Origin: Leptolyngbyaceae cyanobacterium
GTDB taxonomy: Bacteria; Cyanobacteriota; Cyanobacteriia; Phormidesmidales; Phormidesmidaceae
Length of the DNA: 45,513 bases
Assembly (NCBI GenBank): GCA_050331235.1
Contig: JBHJHA010000002.1
Coordinates: 1 to 45,513, forward strand
Direction: 5' to 3'
The first letter of the stretch is position 1. Every line of letters starts with the position of its first letter. The notes under the pieces were generated by a model, which had not been told where the DNA came from, made no database searches, and worked only from the letters and a program-made list of their open reading frames with translations. Below, piece by piece: positions 20,487 to 30,292 of the stretch. Position numbers and translations under genes: made by a program.

Positions 20487-21049
20487 CAGGCGGCATCGCT
20501 ACGGGAAAGTCGACGGTGGCGCGATATTTGGCAGAGCAACACCAGCTTCCGGTGCTCGATGCGGATGTGTATGCCCGCCAGGCAGTGGCACTGGGCTCAC
20601 CGATTTTAGCGGCGATCGCGGAGCATTTTGGGCCAGATATTTTGCAAGCGGACGGCAGCCTCAACCGTGCCCAACTCGGCTGCATTGTATTCAATAATCG
20701 TGCTGAAAAAGAATGGCTAGAGCAGCAAATTCATCCGTTAGTGCGACAGCGATTTGCTGAGGCGATGGCGACTCTTCATGAGACTGCGGCGGTTGTCCAG
20801 GTCATTCCCCTGCTATTTGAAGCGAAACTCACGGAGCAGGTCACAGAAATCTGGGTGGTAACCTGCTCACCGGCGACCCAACTGCAGCGGCTGATACAGC
20901 GTAATCAGTTGTCTCAGTCGGAGGCCCAGCAACGGATGCGAAATCAATGGCCCCTGGAGCAAAAAGCGGCGCTGGCAGATGTCGTGCTCGATAACGAAAC
21001 GACGTTAGCCCATCTGTATGCCCAGGTTGATCAGACGCTTGGTCAATAG
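20462..21049 (+). CDS. coaE: Dephospho-CoA kinase
   Basis: IGLTGGIATGKSTV, DAD, IHPLV, IPLLFE. Confidence 0.95.
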   Translation: MGQRIIGLTGGIATGKSTVARYLAEQHQLPVLDADVYARQAVALGSPILAAIAEHFGPDILQADGSLNRAQLGCIVFNNRAEKEWLEQQIHPLVRQRFAEAMATLHETAAVVQVIPLLFEAKLTEQVTEIWVVTCSPATQLQRLIQRNQLSQSEAQQRMRNQWPLEQKAALADVVLDNETTLAHLYAQVDQTLGQ

Positions 21050-21510
21050 GCGATCGCGCCAATGGTGCCCTGTACTGCGATTTGGTAAGTCTCTGGCGAC
21101 ATGAGCAACATATAACCACGTTTGCCCGCTGATACGGCAAACCGATCAAACTGAGTTGCCGAAATATCGATAAAAACGGGATGAGGCTTGATGCTGCCCA
21201 AGGCTGTGACGCCACCGCGAATATATCCGGTGAGGTGCTGCACCTCTTTTAGGGGGACAGTCTCTACCTTTTTGTTGTCAGACATTTTGGCAAGCGCCTT
21301 GAGGTCAAGGTGCTTGTTGGCGGGAATCACAGCAAAACAAACGCCACTAACATCACCCCGCACCACCAGGGTTTTGAACACCTGCTCGGCCGGTAAGCCC
21401 AATTTTTCGGCGGCCCGTTCAGCGGCCAGGTCGTTGGGGTCTACCTCGTAAGTCAGCAGCTCATAAGCGAGTCCCTGCTGATCGAGAATTCTGGCAGCAT
21501 TCGTTTTCAT
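21043..21510 (-). CDS. ybaK: Cys-tRNA(Pro) deacylase
   Basis: KTNAARIL, VFKTLV, TGYIRGGVTALG, VSAGKRG. Confidence 0.93.
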   Translation of the reverse strand: MKTNAARILDQQGLAYELLTYEVDPNDLAAERAAEKLGLPAEQVFKTLVVRGDVSGVCFAVIPANKHLDLKALAKMSDNKKVETVPLKEVQHLTGYIRGGVTALGSIKPHPVFIDISATQFDRFAVSAGKRGYMLLMSPETYQIAVQGTIGAIAY

Positions 21511-21858
21511 AAAAATACAAATAAAGGCGCACAGCCTCTACTTAATAGGGAAAAACCCATGAGCGGTCAATCGTTCACTTGACGAGAACTCGTCTAGCTC
21601 TTGCCATGAGCCTAACAGGCTTTTAGAAGACAGATATAGTATTTAAGACTTGAGAAAGATTAATGACACATTACTCAGTATTAACAAGCGTGTGGCAAAT
21701 CAAGGCGAGCTTTTCGTTCTGTGCTGTGAGCCGGGCTGTCAAGGACTCTGCGATCGCCATCGATGAGGCCTATTTTCTGATCTGCCCGAGGAGGCGATTG
21801 GATTGAATTTTGGTGGTTTTATACTGTAATCTATGCCCTCTCGTCCAGGAAATTTAAG

Positions 21859-22491
21859 ATGCCTGACCTTGCTACCTTTGGGGTATTTCTCAGCGCGGCG
21901 ATCGCCCTCGCCATTACTCCCGGACCCGGTATTCTCTACGTCTTGGCTCGCAGCTTAAAAGGGGGACGTCGGGCAGGCATTGCTTCATCCTTTGGCACTG
22001 CCATTGGCGGCATGTTTCATGTCTTGGCAGCGGCCTTGGGGGTTTCGCTGCTGTTGGCGGCTTCCGCGATCGCGTTCAACCTGGTGAAATATCTTGGTGC
22101 TGGCTATCTGGTCTACCTGGGGCTCAAAACCATCCTCAGCCGTGAGCCGCACTGGGGCGTTGAGGGCATGACGCAAGTGGGAGTCCGGCAGGCCTTTTGG
22201 CAGGGCATCACGGTCGAGGTGTTGAATCCCAAAACGGCTCTGTTCTTTTTGGCGTTTATTCCCCAGTTCATCAACCCAGCTGGCGTAGTATTTGCCCAAT
22301 TTTTGTTGCTGGGCAGCTTATCCGTTGCCCTCAACACCATGGCTGATTTGACGGTGGCCACCCTCGCTGGACCCATTGGCCAACGGCTGCACCGTAGTCC
22401 TCGCTTACGAGCGACCCAGCGATATGCCACGGGCAGCGGTTTAATCGCCTTGGGGGGCTATGTGGCCCTTACCGGCAGCCATGACAGCTAA
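21859..22491 (+). CDS. LysE/RhtB family translocator
   Basis: TPGP, GAGYLVYLG, LNPKTALFFLAF. Confidence 0.92.
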   Translation: MPDLATFGVFLSAAIALAITPGPGILYVLARSLKGGRRAGIASSFGTAIGGMFHVLAAALGVSLLLAASAIAFNLVKYLGAGYLVYLGLKTILSREPHWGVEGMTQVGVRQAFWQGITVEVLNPKTALFFLAFIPQFINPAGVVFAQFLLLGSLSVALNTMADLTVATLAGPIGQRLHRSPRLRATQRYATGSGLIALGGYVALTGSHDS

Positions 22492-22499
22492 CGCTAGGC

Positions 22500-23825
22500 T
22501 CAAACATCCAACACTACCTTTGAAGTTTTGGGCTTAGCTACGCAAATCAGCGCATGCCCTGCATCTGGGGTGCCTGAGGGGGGCTCATCGTAGGCCACAT
22601 TGCCCGCTTCGACGCGACACATGCAGGTGAGACAGATGCCAGCCCGACAGCTAAAGTCAGGGCTAAGTCCCTGGGCTTCGGCAAACTCTAGTAGGGTGCC
22701 ATCGCGATCTGACCAAGTTGCGGTCTGGCCTGACTTGGCGAAGACTACCTCTGCCGAGGCGATCGCGCCATCGCTATTCGCAGTTATGGGAGCCGCCGCC
22801 TTGGCCACGGGCTTGGCAAACGATTCAAAGTTTATCTGACTGTTTGGCACACCCCAGTCGGCGAGACCACGACGCAACGAATCCATAAAGCTGGGAGACC
22901 CACAGAGAAAATATTCGGCAGCTTCAGGGCCAAACTTGGGCATCAGCAATGACTTCACCAAGTCCGTATCTACATAGCCAGTGCTGTGGTGATGTCCCTC
23001 GTCTTCTGTCCGGGGGCGGCTGTAGCGATAATGCACTGTGAGGTTGGCTGCCCGCGCCGCCAGGTCTAACACAGACTCACGAAAGGCATGATAGCTGCCG
23101 TCTCGAGCCCCATGTAGAAACCACATTGGCCGTTGCGGCTGTCGGCCCGCGACGGCCTGCGCCATGCTGATCATGGGGGTGATGCCACCCCCATTGCTGA
23201 TCAGGACGGCAGGGCGATCGCGCGCCATGTCTAGTACGAACTTACCGTTAGGCGGCTTGCAGGGAATCACATCGCCTTCATTGATTTGATCATGCATAAA
23301 GGTAGACGCAATTCCCGGCGGAACATCCTGATCCTTGGGCGGACCCTCTCGCTTGATCGAAAGCCGGTAATACTCCGGGGTCGCCGCATAATCAGACAGT
23401 GAATAGGTGCGAATAACCGGACGGGGCTGATCAGGGATGTCAAGCCTGATCGTCAAAAACTGCCCCGGCTGGAAGGCGGGTAACGCTTGGCTATCTTGGG
23501 GCTTAAGGTAAAAAGAGGTGATTTCCCGACTTTCGGGAACCTTGCGAAACACAACGAAATTGCGCCAATCGTGCCACCCGCGAGTGCTAGCAGTCTCCTG
23601 AGCTGGGGCTGACTTTACTTGGGGTTTGACGACACTGCCAAAGCCAGCACCGATCGCCGCCCCTGCAATCCCGGTGTAAATTGCGGCTTGGTTAACGAAT
23701 TGTTTATCTAGCTTTGATAAACCTAGTAAACCGCTGGTTAAAACGGTGGCCGCTGAGGCACCCATGACCGCAGCCGTCAAACTGCGAGTGACAGGGTTGG
23801 GGATGCGTTCAAGAATATCCATCAT
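22500..23825 (-). CDS. FAD/NAD-binding oxidoreductase with C-terminal 2Fe-2S ferredoxin and hydrophobic N-terminus
   Basis: PGQFL, RTYSLS, GGGITPM, CGSP, FESF, CRAGICLTC...C. Confidence 0.9.
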   Translation of the reverse strand: MMDILERIPNPVTRSLTAAVMGASAATVLTSGLLGLSKLDKQFVNQAAIYTGIAGAAIGAGFGSVVKPQVKSAPAQETASTRGWHDWRNFVVFRKVPESREITSFYLKPQDSQALPAFQPGQFLTIRLDIPDQPRPVIRTYSLSDYAATPEYYRLSIKREGPPKDQDVPPGIASTFMHDQINEGDVIPCKPPNGKFVLDMARDRPAVLISNGGGITPMISMAQAVAGRQPQRPMWFLHGARDGSYHAFRESVLDLAARAANLTVHYRYSRPRTEDEGHHHSTGYVDTDLVKSLLMPKFGPEAAEYFLCGSPSFMDSLRRGLADWGVPNSQINFESFAKPVAKAAAPITANSDGAIASAEVVFAKSGQTATWSDRDGTLLEFAEAQGLSPDFSCRAGICLTCMCRVEAGNVAYDEPPSGTPDAGHALICVAKPKTSKVVLDV

Positions 23826-24148
23826 AAAAGTTGACCTTGCTAGCGCTCAAGATGACTGGTGTAACAACAACTTTACTTGGAACTTAGATTAGGCCGTTTA
23901 GCTGAGGAGAAAATGAGATTTGTCAGAGGATTACACCATCGTTTTCCCATCAAATATTCATCAGATTGAACGGAATCGGTCTGCCTGAATTCATCTGGAA
24001 TTCAGAAACTTTTAGTTGAATAATCTCAACTTCGGAATTTCATCAAGTCAGAAAAAATCATACTGACGCGAGAATGCCGTGAATGTTCTTCACCTTGGAG
24101 CCTTGGTGCCGGTTGCCTGTGCGATTCACCAGCGACTCACCTCAAATT

Positions 24149-25489
24149 ATGGAAGTTGATGAAGCTCTAGCTCTATTGGACGATCTCCTACCGGAATACA
24201 CCTTGAGCAATTTGCAGGAAACGGTGTTTTCTCAAGTTTGGCAGGGAAAAACCTATGCTGAAATTGCCGAAGCCTGTAACTATGAGCACAACTATATTCG
24301 CGATGTCGGATTTCGACTGTGGCAACTGCTATCTGGTGCCCTAGGCCAGAAAATCTCAAAAAGTAATATCAAGGGAGTGCTGGGACGCTACGCTCGCAGT
24401 CGCTCTGAAGATCCGGTAGTGATGCCCAATCAGCTGAGGGAGGTACAACTTGAGTTTCCGAGTGGGCCGGTGCCGCTCAACTCGCCGCTCTATATCGAGC
24501 GTCCCCCGGTGGAATCTCTGGCCTTTGCTGACGTGCTCAAACCTGGCAGCTTGATTCGGATTAAAGCGCCTAAGCAAATGGGTAAAACTTCGCTAGTGCG
24601 CCGGATTGTGGCCCATGCTCAAACCCACGGCCTACATACGGTGACATTGCGCCTCAATCGGGCCGATCGCACAATTTTTCAAGACATTGACCGCTTTTTG
24701 CGCTGGCTCTGTGCCAATATCAGTCATCAGTTAGGGCTGGAGCCGGCCCTTGATGCTCACTGGCAACCTGCCATTGGCAGTAAGGTGAGTTGTACCGCCT
24801 ATATCGAAGACTATATTTTGACCCAGGTGCAAGGCGATATTGCGATCGCGCTGGATGAGATGAATGAGGTGTTTCAATACCCAGAGATAGCCGCAGAATT
24901 TTTGCCCCTGCTGCGTACCTGGTACGAAGATGCCCAGGAGTATCCCACCTGGCAGCGGTTACGCTGGGTGCTGGCCCACGCTACAGATGTATATGTGCCT
25001 TTGCAGCTTAGTCAATCTCCCTTTAACGTCGGGCGATCGATCAAACTGCCCAGCTTTTCGCTAGCGCAGGTGCAAGATTTAGCCCAGCGCCACGGCTTAG
25101 ATTGGGCCGACGCCGAAGCTGGGACGGAAAAGCTGCTGTCGCTTTTGCAGGTGGTTAGCTGTCGCCCGGGATTGGTGCGGCTAGCCCTGTATGCTTTGGC
25201 CCGTTACCAAGTGCCCTTAGCGCGGCTCATTGACGAGGCTCCTACCCAGTCGGGAATTTATAGCGATCACCTGCGTGAACTGCTGGCCGCCGTATATCCT
25301 TACCCACGTTTACAAGCGGCCCTGGGACAGGTGATTGAGGCTGATCGGCCGGTTACCCTCGAGCCGATCACTGCCTATCGCCTAGAGAGCTTGGGACTCA
25401 TTAGCGTCGATAAAAACCAGGCTTCTCCGAGCTGTGAGCTCTATCGTCAGTATTTTCTCAAGTTTCTACCGCGAGCCGCCGATGATTGA
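24149..25489 (+). CDS. AAA_35-type NTPase with N-terminal HTH-like domain
   Basis: LQETVF..WQGKTYAEIA..LWQLLS.ALGQKISKSN; YIERPPVE; Walker A APKQMGKTS; Walker B IALDE; SPFNVG; start at ATG 24149. Confidence 0.88.
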   Translation: MEVDEALALLDDLLPEYTLSNLQETVFSQVWQGKTYAEIAEACNYEHNYIRDVGFRLWQLLSGALGQKISKSNIKGVLGRYARSRSEDPVVMPNQLREVQLEFPSGPVPLNSPLYIERPPVESLAFADVLKPGSLIRIKAPKQMGKTSLVRRIVAHAQTHGLHTVTLRLNRADRTIFQDIDRFLRWLCANISHQLGLEPALDAHWQPAIGSKVSCTAYIEDYILTQVQGDIAIALDEMNEVFQYPEIAAEFLPLLRTWYEDAQEYPTWQRLRWVLAHATDVYVPLQLSQSPFNVGRSIKLPSFSLAQVQDLAQRHGLDWADAEAGTEKLLSLLQVVSCRPGLVRLALYALARYQVPLARLIDEAPTQSGIYSDHLRELLAAVYPYPRLQAALGQVIEADRPVTLEPITAYRLESLGLISVDKNQASPSCELYRQYFLKFLPRAADD

Positions 25490-26912
25490 CTACCAAGTCG
25501 GGGGCAGTTTGCCGGTGGATGCGCCGAGCTATATTGAGCGCAGTGCCGATCACCAGCTCTATACCGCGCTGAGCGATCGCCAGTTTTGCTACGTGCTGAC
25601 TTCGCGACAGATGGGCAAATCGAGCTTGCGTCTGCGGATGCGCCACCGGCTCGAAGCTGCCGGTCAAGGACGCTGCGTGGCGATTGATCTAACCCGCATT
25701 GGCAGTTATCAACTCACCCAAGGGGAATGGTATCAGGGCTTAGCCTTTGATCTAGTGCGTAAGTTGGGCCTACAGCGACAGCTTGCCATCCCTGCTTGGT
25801 GGCAACGGCTGGGTAATTTGTCGGCAGTCCAAAAATTTGGCCAACTGCTCGAATCAGTGCTGGACATGGACGACACCTGCGCTCCCCTTTACATCTTTCT
25901 CGACGAGATTGATAGCGTGCGGGGGCTCAGCTTTTCAGTGGACGATTTCTTTGGTCTGGTACGGTTTTGCTATAACGAACGGGCCGAAAATCCCCGCTTT
26001 CGCCGTCTGACTTGGGGCCTGTTTGGGGTCGCCACTCCCCGTGATCTGGTACAAAATCCCCAGCAAACCCCCTTCAATATTGGTCGAGCAGTGTCGCTGA
26101 CTGGATTTTCTGAAACGGAGGCAGCGCCGCTCACCGCCGGCCTCGTGGCGATCGCCCAGCGGCCTGAGGCTCTTCTCCGCGAAGTGTTGTACTGGACCGG
26201 CGGGCAACCGTTCTTAACCCAAAAAGTGTGTGCTCTGCTGCGTGAAGGGTATGACCTACCGTTGATTGCGGCGGGTCGTGAAGCTGCCTGGGTGGCCGCG
26301 GTGGTGCGATCGCGCCTAATTCATAACTGGGAGGTTCAGGATGATCCGGAGCATTTGCGTACCATTCGCGATCGGCTGACCCAAGACAACCGCCGCGCTG
26401 GTCGTTTGCTGAGCCTGTATCAGCGGGTGCTGGCCCAAAGGCAACTGCAAGCCGATGGTAGTCAGGATCAAGCGGAGCTGAAACTATCGGGCATTGTGGT
26501 TGAGCAAGCGGGACAACTCCAGGTGACTAATCCCGTGTATGCTGCTGTGTTTAATCCTGAGTGGATTGACGATCACCTCTCACAACAGCGCCCCTATGCT
26601 GCAGCGTTAAACGCATGGATTGCCTCTAGCTACCAAGACGAATCGCGTTTGCTCATGGGGCAAGCCCTCGCCGAAGCAGTGCACTGGTCCACCGATAAAA
26701 GCCTGAGTGATTTGGATTATCGCTTTCTCTCCGCGAGCCAAGAGTGGGACGCCAAAATGATCCGTCTGGAACTAGAGGCCCAAGCCAAGGCCAATCAAAT
26801 GCTCGCTGAGGCGCAACAAAAGGCTGCACGGGTAATTGGGCTCGGCTATGCCAGCCTAGGGGCCTGTCTGGTGATTTCAGCGATCGCCCTTATCACCAGT
26901 TTGCTACGCTGA
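25482..26912 (+). CDS. AAA_35-type NTPase with C-terminal coiled coil and TM helix
   Basis: YQVGGSL..DAPSYIERSAD, SRQMGKSSL, IFLDEID, TPFNIG, WTGGQPFLTQK, DESRLL; start at ATG 25482 overlaps the upstream stop. Confidence 0.9.
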   Translation: MIDYQVGGSLPVDAPSYIERSADHQLYTALSDRQFCYVLTSRQMGKSSLRLRMRHRLEAAGQGRCVAIDLTRIGSYQLTQGEWYQGLAFDLVRKLGLQRQLAIPAWWQRLGNLSAVQKFGQLLESVLDMDDTCAPLYIFLDEIDSVRGLSFSVDDFFGLVRFCYNERAENPRFRRLTWGLFGVATPRDLVQNPQQTPFNIGRAVSLTGFSETEAAPLTAGLVAIAQRPEALLREVLYWTGGQPFLTQKVCALLREGYDLPLIAAGREAAWVAAVVRSRLIHNWEVQDDPEHLRTIRDRLTQDNRRAGRLLSLYQRVLAQRQLQADGSQDQAELKLSGIVVEQAGQLQVTNPVYAAVFNPEWIDDHLSQQRPYAAALNAWIASSYQDESRLLMGQALAEAVHWSTDKSLSDLDYRFLSASQEWDAKMIRLELEAQAKANQMLAEAQQKAARVIGLGYASLGACLVISAIALITSLLR

Positions 26913-27009
26913 CGGCGGCTTGCTTGGCGGTGTAGCCAAGTCTTTGGCTGGACGGTAGACGGGCAATCGCCCGGCCGCCCGGGTTCGCGTGACAAGCGGC
27001 GATTGGGAC

Positions 27010-27125
27010 TATACCAATTCTCTGTAATAGCGCTACAGATTTGAAGATCCTCCGCTGTCGCTGCCCCCTTGAAAAATGGGCTTTGAAGAATCTATGTGTC
27101 GTCGTGATTCGCAGAAAAAGTATTA
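27010..27125. mobile_element. MITE-like non-coding element, copy 2 (opposite orientation, shorter)
   Basis: TATACCAATTCTCTGTAATAGCGCTACAGATTTGAAGATCCTCCGCTGTCGCTGCCCCCTT aligns with the reverse complement of the right end of 4571-4740. Confidence 0.55.
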
Positions 27126-27252
27126 TCCGCCGCTCTCATCGAACTATCAGAAACAGTTCACACAGCATTTAGGGAAAGCCTGCAAAGTGTAGGGGCGTCA
27201 GGACGCGGTCGTGTCACTGATGGCGGGTTTGTGACTTTTCTTCTTCCTCACC

Positions 27253-29496
27253 ATGACTTCTGCACGTCTCTTCCCCAAGCTATTGCGGCCCCGGTTAGCC
27301 ACGCTGTTGATGGTCGGCACGCTGATGGCCGCGGCGGCGATCGCGATCGCCTGGTTTGCCGGTAACGGGCTGATTACCACCATCTTTCGCCAGTTGGATC
27401 AGCTCCAGCAGCATCCCCCTGGCTGGGCCATGACGCCCATGATGATTGGCCATTACTTTTGGTTTTGGGCGACGGCGCTGATCTTGGTTGTTTGGCTAAT
27501 TATGCGGGTGTCGCCTACGCCGCAGACTTGGTCTCGTACCGTAGTGGTCGGCATCTTGGGCCTTCTGACGCTGCGGTATCTGAGCTGGCGGCTCACCTCC
27601 ACGCTCAATCTCAGCACACCACTGGATGGGGTCTTTAGCCTGGGCTTATTGGCCCTGGAACTGCTAATTGTGTTGAATGGTTTGGTGCAGCTCTTTTTGC
27701 TGCTGCGCGTGCGCGATCGGCGGCAGGCTGCGGACCAACTGGCCCAAACCGTTACAGCGGGGGCATATCGCCCAACGGTGGACGTCTTGATTCCCACCTA
27801 TGACGAGCCTGCGTTTATCCTGCGGCGCACGGTGATGGGCTGCCAGGCCATGGACTATGACCCCAAAACCGTTTATTTGCTTGATGATACCCGGCGATCG
27901 GAGATTCAAGCCTTGGCGGCTGAGTTGGGGTGTGAATACATCACCCGTCCCGACAATCGCCATGCCAAAGCGGGCAATCTCAACCACGCCATTCCCTTGA
28001 CCCAAGGGGAACTGCTGGTGCTGTTTGATGCCGACTTCGTGCCCACAAAGAATTTCTTGACCCGCACGGTGGGCTTCTTTCAAGATCACCAAGTTGCCCT
28101 CGTTCAAACGCCCCAGAGCTTTTACAATCCTGATCCCATTGCCCGTAACCTGGGCCTCGAAGATGTTCTCACGCCAGAAGAGGAGGTGTTTTATCGACAG
28201 ATCCAGCGGGTGCGCGACGGTGCTGGGGCAGTGGTATGTGCGGGAACCTCTTTTGTCGTGCGTCGCTCGGCGCTGGAGTCAGTGGGCGGGTTTGTGACAG
28301 AGGCGGTGAGCGAAGACTTTTTCACTGGCATTCAGCTCGCGGCGAAAGGGTATCGGCTGATTTACCTCAATGAAAAACTCAGCGCCGGCTTAGCCGCAGA
28401 AAACATTGCGGCCCATGCGCTACAGCGAGTGCGCTGGGAACAGGGCACCCTGCAAGCGTTTTTTATCCAGTCCAATCCGGTGACCATCCCAGGTCTGAAA
28501 CCGCTTCAGCGGTTGGCTTATTTTGAAGGATTGATTCACTGGTTTAGCAGCGTGGCGCGGGTAGGCTTTTTGCTAATGCCCTTGGCCTATGCTTTTCTTG
28601 GCGTCATTCCGCTGCGGGCGACCGAGGCGGAACTGCTGTACTTTTTTCTTCCCTTTTACGTAGTGCAGTTGAGCGTGTTCTCCTGGCTGAATTATCGATC
28701 GCGCTCTGCGCTGCTATCAGATGTTTATTCCTTGGTGTTAGCCTTTCCCCTCGCTCTAACGGTCTTTCAGGTGATGGTGCGCCCCTTTAGCAAAGGCTTT
28801 AAGGTCACGCCCAAAGGAACGGCCAACGATCGCTACCATTTCAACTGGTCCTTGGCCTGGCCCTTGGTCTTGGTCTTTGGACTCACGGCCCTGAGCCTGT
28901 GGATCAATTTGGGCCAGTGTTTGGTGACTATGGCGAACCCAGTCGAGCACCTGCGCGGTATCGGCATTGGCTGGCTGTGGAGCGCCTACAACCTGCTGAT
29001 GTTGGGGTTGGCCCTACTTATCCTGCTAGATGCGCCCCGCCCCAGTCCCTATGAATGGTTCAACGTGCAGCGCATCGCGCGGGTGCAGCGGGCAGGCGAT
29101 CGCGCGGCCCCGCCGGTCTGGGGCACAACGACGATGATCTCGGAAGTCGCGATCGAACTAGAACTCACTAAGGTCGATGCCCTGGCAGGCCAAGACTGGC
29201 ACGGACAGACCGTCGAGATTGCCCTGATGGACGAGTCCTTAACCCTCTCGGCGCGGATTATACAACAGCAGCGGCCAAACGGCTTGCCGAGAATTACCGC
29301 CGAGTTTGAGCCGCTGAGCCAAACCCAACAGCGTCAGTTAGTGGCGCTGCTGTTTTGTCGACCGGGGCAGTGGCAGAGTCGCTGCTCGCCCAATGAGTTG
29401 CAGTCGCTATGGCTCATTCTCAAGTCAGTATTGCGACCCCGATTTTTAACTGATCGCCGACGGCATCCTAAACCTGTTTTGCTTAACCGGGGTTAG
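27253..29496 (+). CDS. Cellulose-synthase-like (BcsA-type) processive GT2 glycosyltransferase with C-terminal PilZ-like region
   Basis: IPTYDE, LLDD, HAKAGNLN, FDADF, QTPQ, SED, QRVRW, FKVTPKG; multiple TM helices. Confidence 0.9.
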   Translation: MTSARLFPKLLRPRLATLLMVGTLMAAAAIAIAWFAGNGLITTIFRQLDQLQQHPPGWAMTPMMIGHYFWFWATALILVVWLIMRVSPTPQTWSRTVVVGILGLLTLRYLSWRLTSTLNLSTPLDGVFSLGLLALELLIVLNGLVQLFLLLRVRDRRQAADQLAQTVTAGAYRPTVDVLIPTYDEPAFILRRTVMGCQAMDYDPKTVYLLDDTRRSEIQALAAELGCEYITRPDNRHAKAGNLNHAIPLTQGELLVLFDADFVPTKNFLTRTVGFFQDHQVALVQTPQSFYNPDPIARNLGLEDVLTPEEEVFYRQIQRVRDGAGAVVCAGTSFVVRRSALESVGGFVTEAVSEDFFTGIQLAAKGYRLIYLNEKLSAGLAAENIAAHALQRVRWEQGTLQAFFIQSNPVTIPGLKPLQRLAYFEGLIHWFSSVARVGFLLMPLAYAFLGVIPLRATEAELLYFFLPFYVVQLSVFSWLNYRSRSALLSDVYSLVLAFPLALTVFQVMVRPFSKGFKVTPKGTANDRYHFNWSLAWPLVLVFGLTALSLWINLGQCLVTMANPVEHLRGIGIGWLWSAYNLLMLGLALLILLDAPRPSPYEWFNVQRIARVQRAGDRAAPPVWGTTTMISEVAIELELTKVDALAGQDWHGQTVEIALMDESLTLSARIIQQQRPNGLPRITAEFEPLSQTQQRQLVALLFCRPGQWQSRCSPNELQSLWLILKSVLRPRFLTDRRRHPKPVLLNRG

Positions 29497-29621
29497 TGGT
29501 AATGGCTTTGGCAAAGCTATGTAACCCATTAATAAATATTGATGCTGAGATTTTGTAGTGTTCCTTAAGAGAATTGGCATTGACGAGTTTTCGACTTAAT
29601 TTTCACAACAGGAGGCCCACG

Positions 29622-29864
29622 ATGGTCATCGTAATTCCGCTTGAGACAACTGAACGGCTGATGCAAACAACTCAGCAGTATCAACTGAGCTTGCCTATTC
29701 CGCTGAGTAGTCGCTGTGCTAGCTACCTATCTCCAGCAGAAATGGACTTGATCTTGGTGGGGCTGCAGCCGTTCAGCCCGCAAAACGATGGGGTTCATCG
29801 CCTAGTCAGCGAGCTACAGCTTTATCGCACCTTGGAAAATCCTGTTGTCCCGTGTGAAGGGTAA
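29622..29864 (+). CDS. Small hypothetical protein
   Basis: AGGAGG RBS before ATG 29622; 80 aa; 8 bp before the next ORF. Confidence 0.6.
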   Translation: MVIVIPLETTERLMQTTQQYQLSLPIPLSSRCASYLSPAEMDLILVGLQPFSPQNDGVHRLVSELQLYRTLENPVVPCEG

Positions 29865-29872
29865 GAGAATCG

Positions 29873-30121
29873 ATGGAACTGAACAAATTTGATCTCAAAG
29901 TTTTGCCCGGATACGAGCCCTGGCTGGAGGCGAAAATTCGTGAGTTGAGTTTGGCGGTTTTAGATACCAATACTTTGACCTGCAACGCCTGTGGCGAAAT
30001 CAAAGGCACTTACATCATTGAGTACGATGGTCAGACCTTTCGCCTCCCTGGGGCAGAGACGCTAGCGTTTTTGGCATTCATCGATGAGCAAGCGCACTTA
30101 TCCCTGCAGGCTCACGCCTAA
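29873..30121 (+). CDS. Small hypothetical protein with CxxC
   Basis: 82 aa, TCNACGE; operon-like spacing. Confidence 0.65.
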   Translation: MELNKFDLKVLPGYEPWLEAKIRELSLAVLDTNTLTCNACGEIKGTYIIEYDGQTFRLPGAETLAFLAFIDEQAHLSLQAHA

Positions 30122-30292
30122 CAGGAGGAGATTGAGCAAGGGCGATCGCCCCAATTCAGAATTGCTGGAACTGTTTACTCAGAATTCGACAGCAGCAGTC
30201 TAAACTTTCGCCGATTTAGGTTTCAGGTCGGTATCACAGCACTAGGTTAGCTGCCTTGGCAACGATGGGTTATAGGACTGGAGAAAACCTAC

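Noticed and set aside
29521..29536. Possible NtcA site upstream of the small-gene pair
   Set aside because: GTA half-site present but no TAC at the N8 spacing
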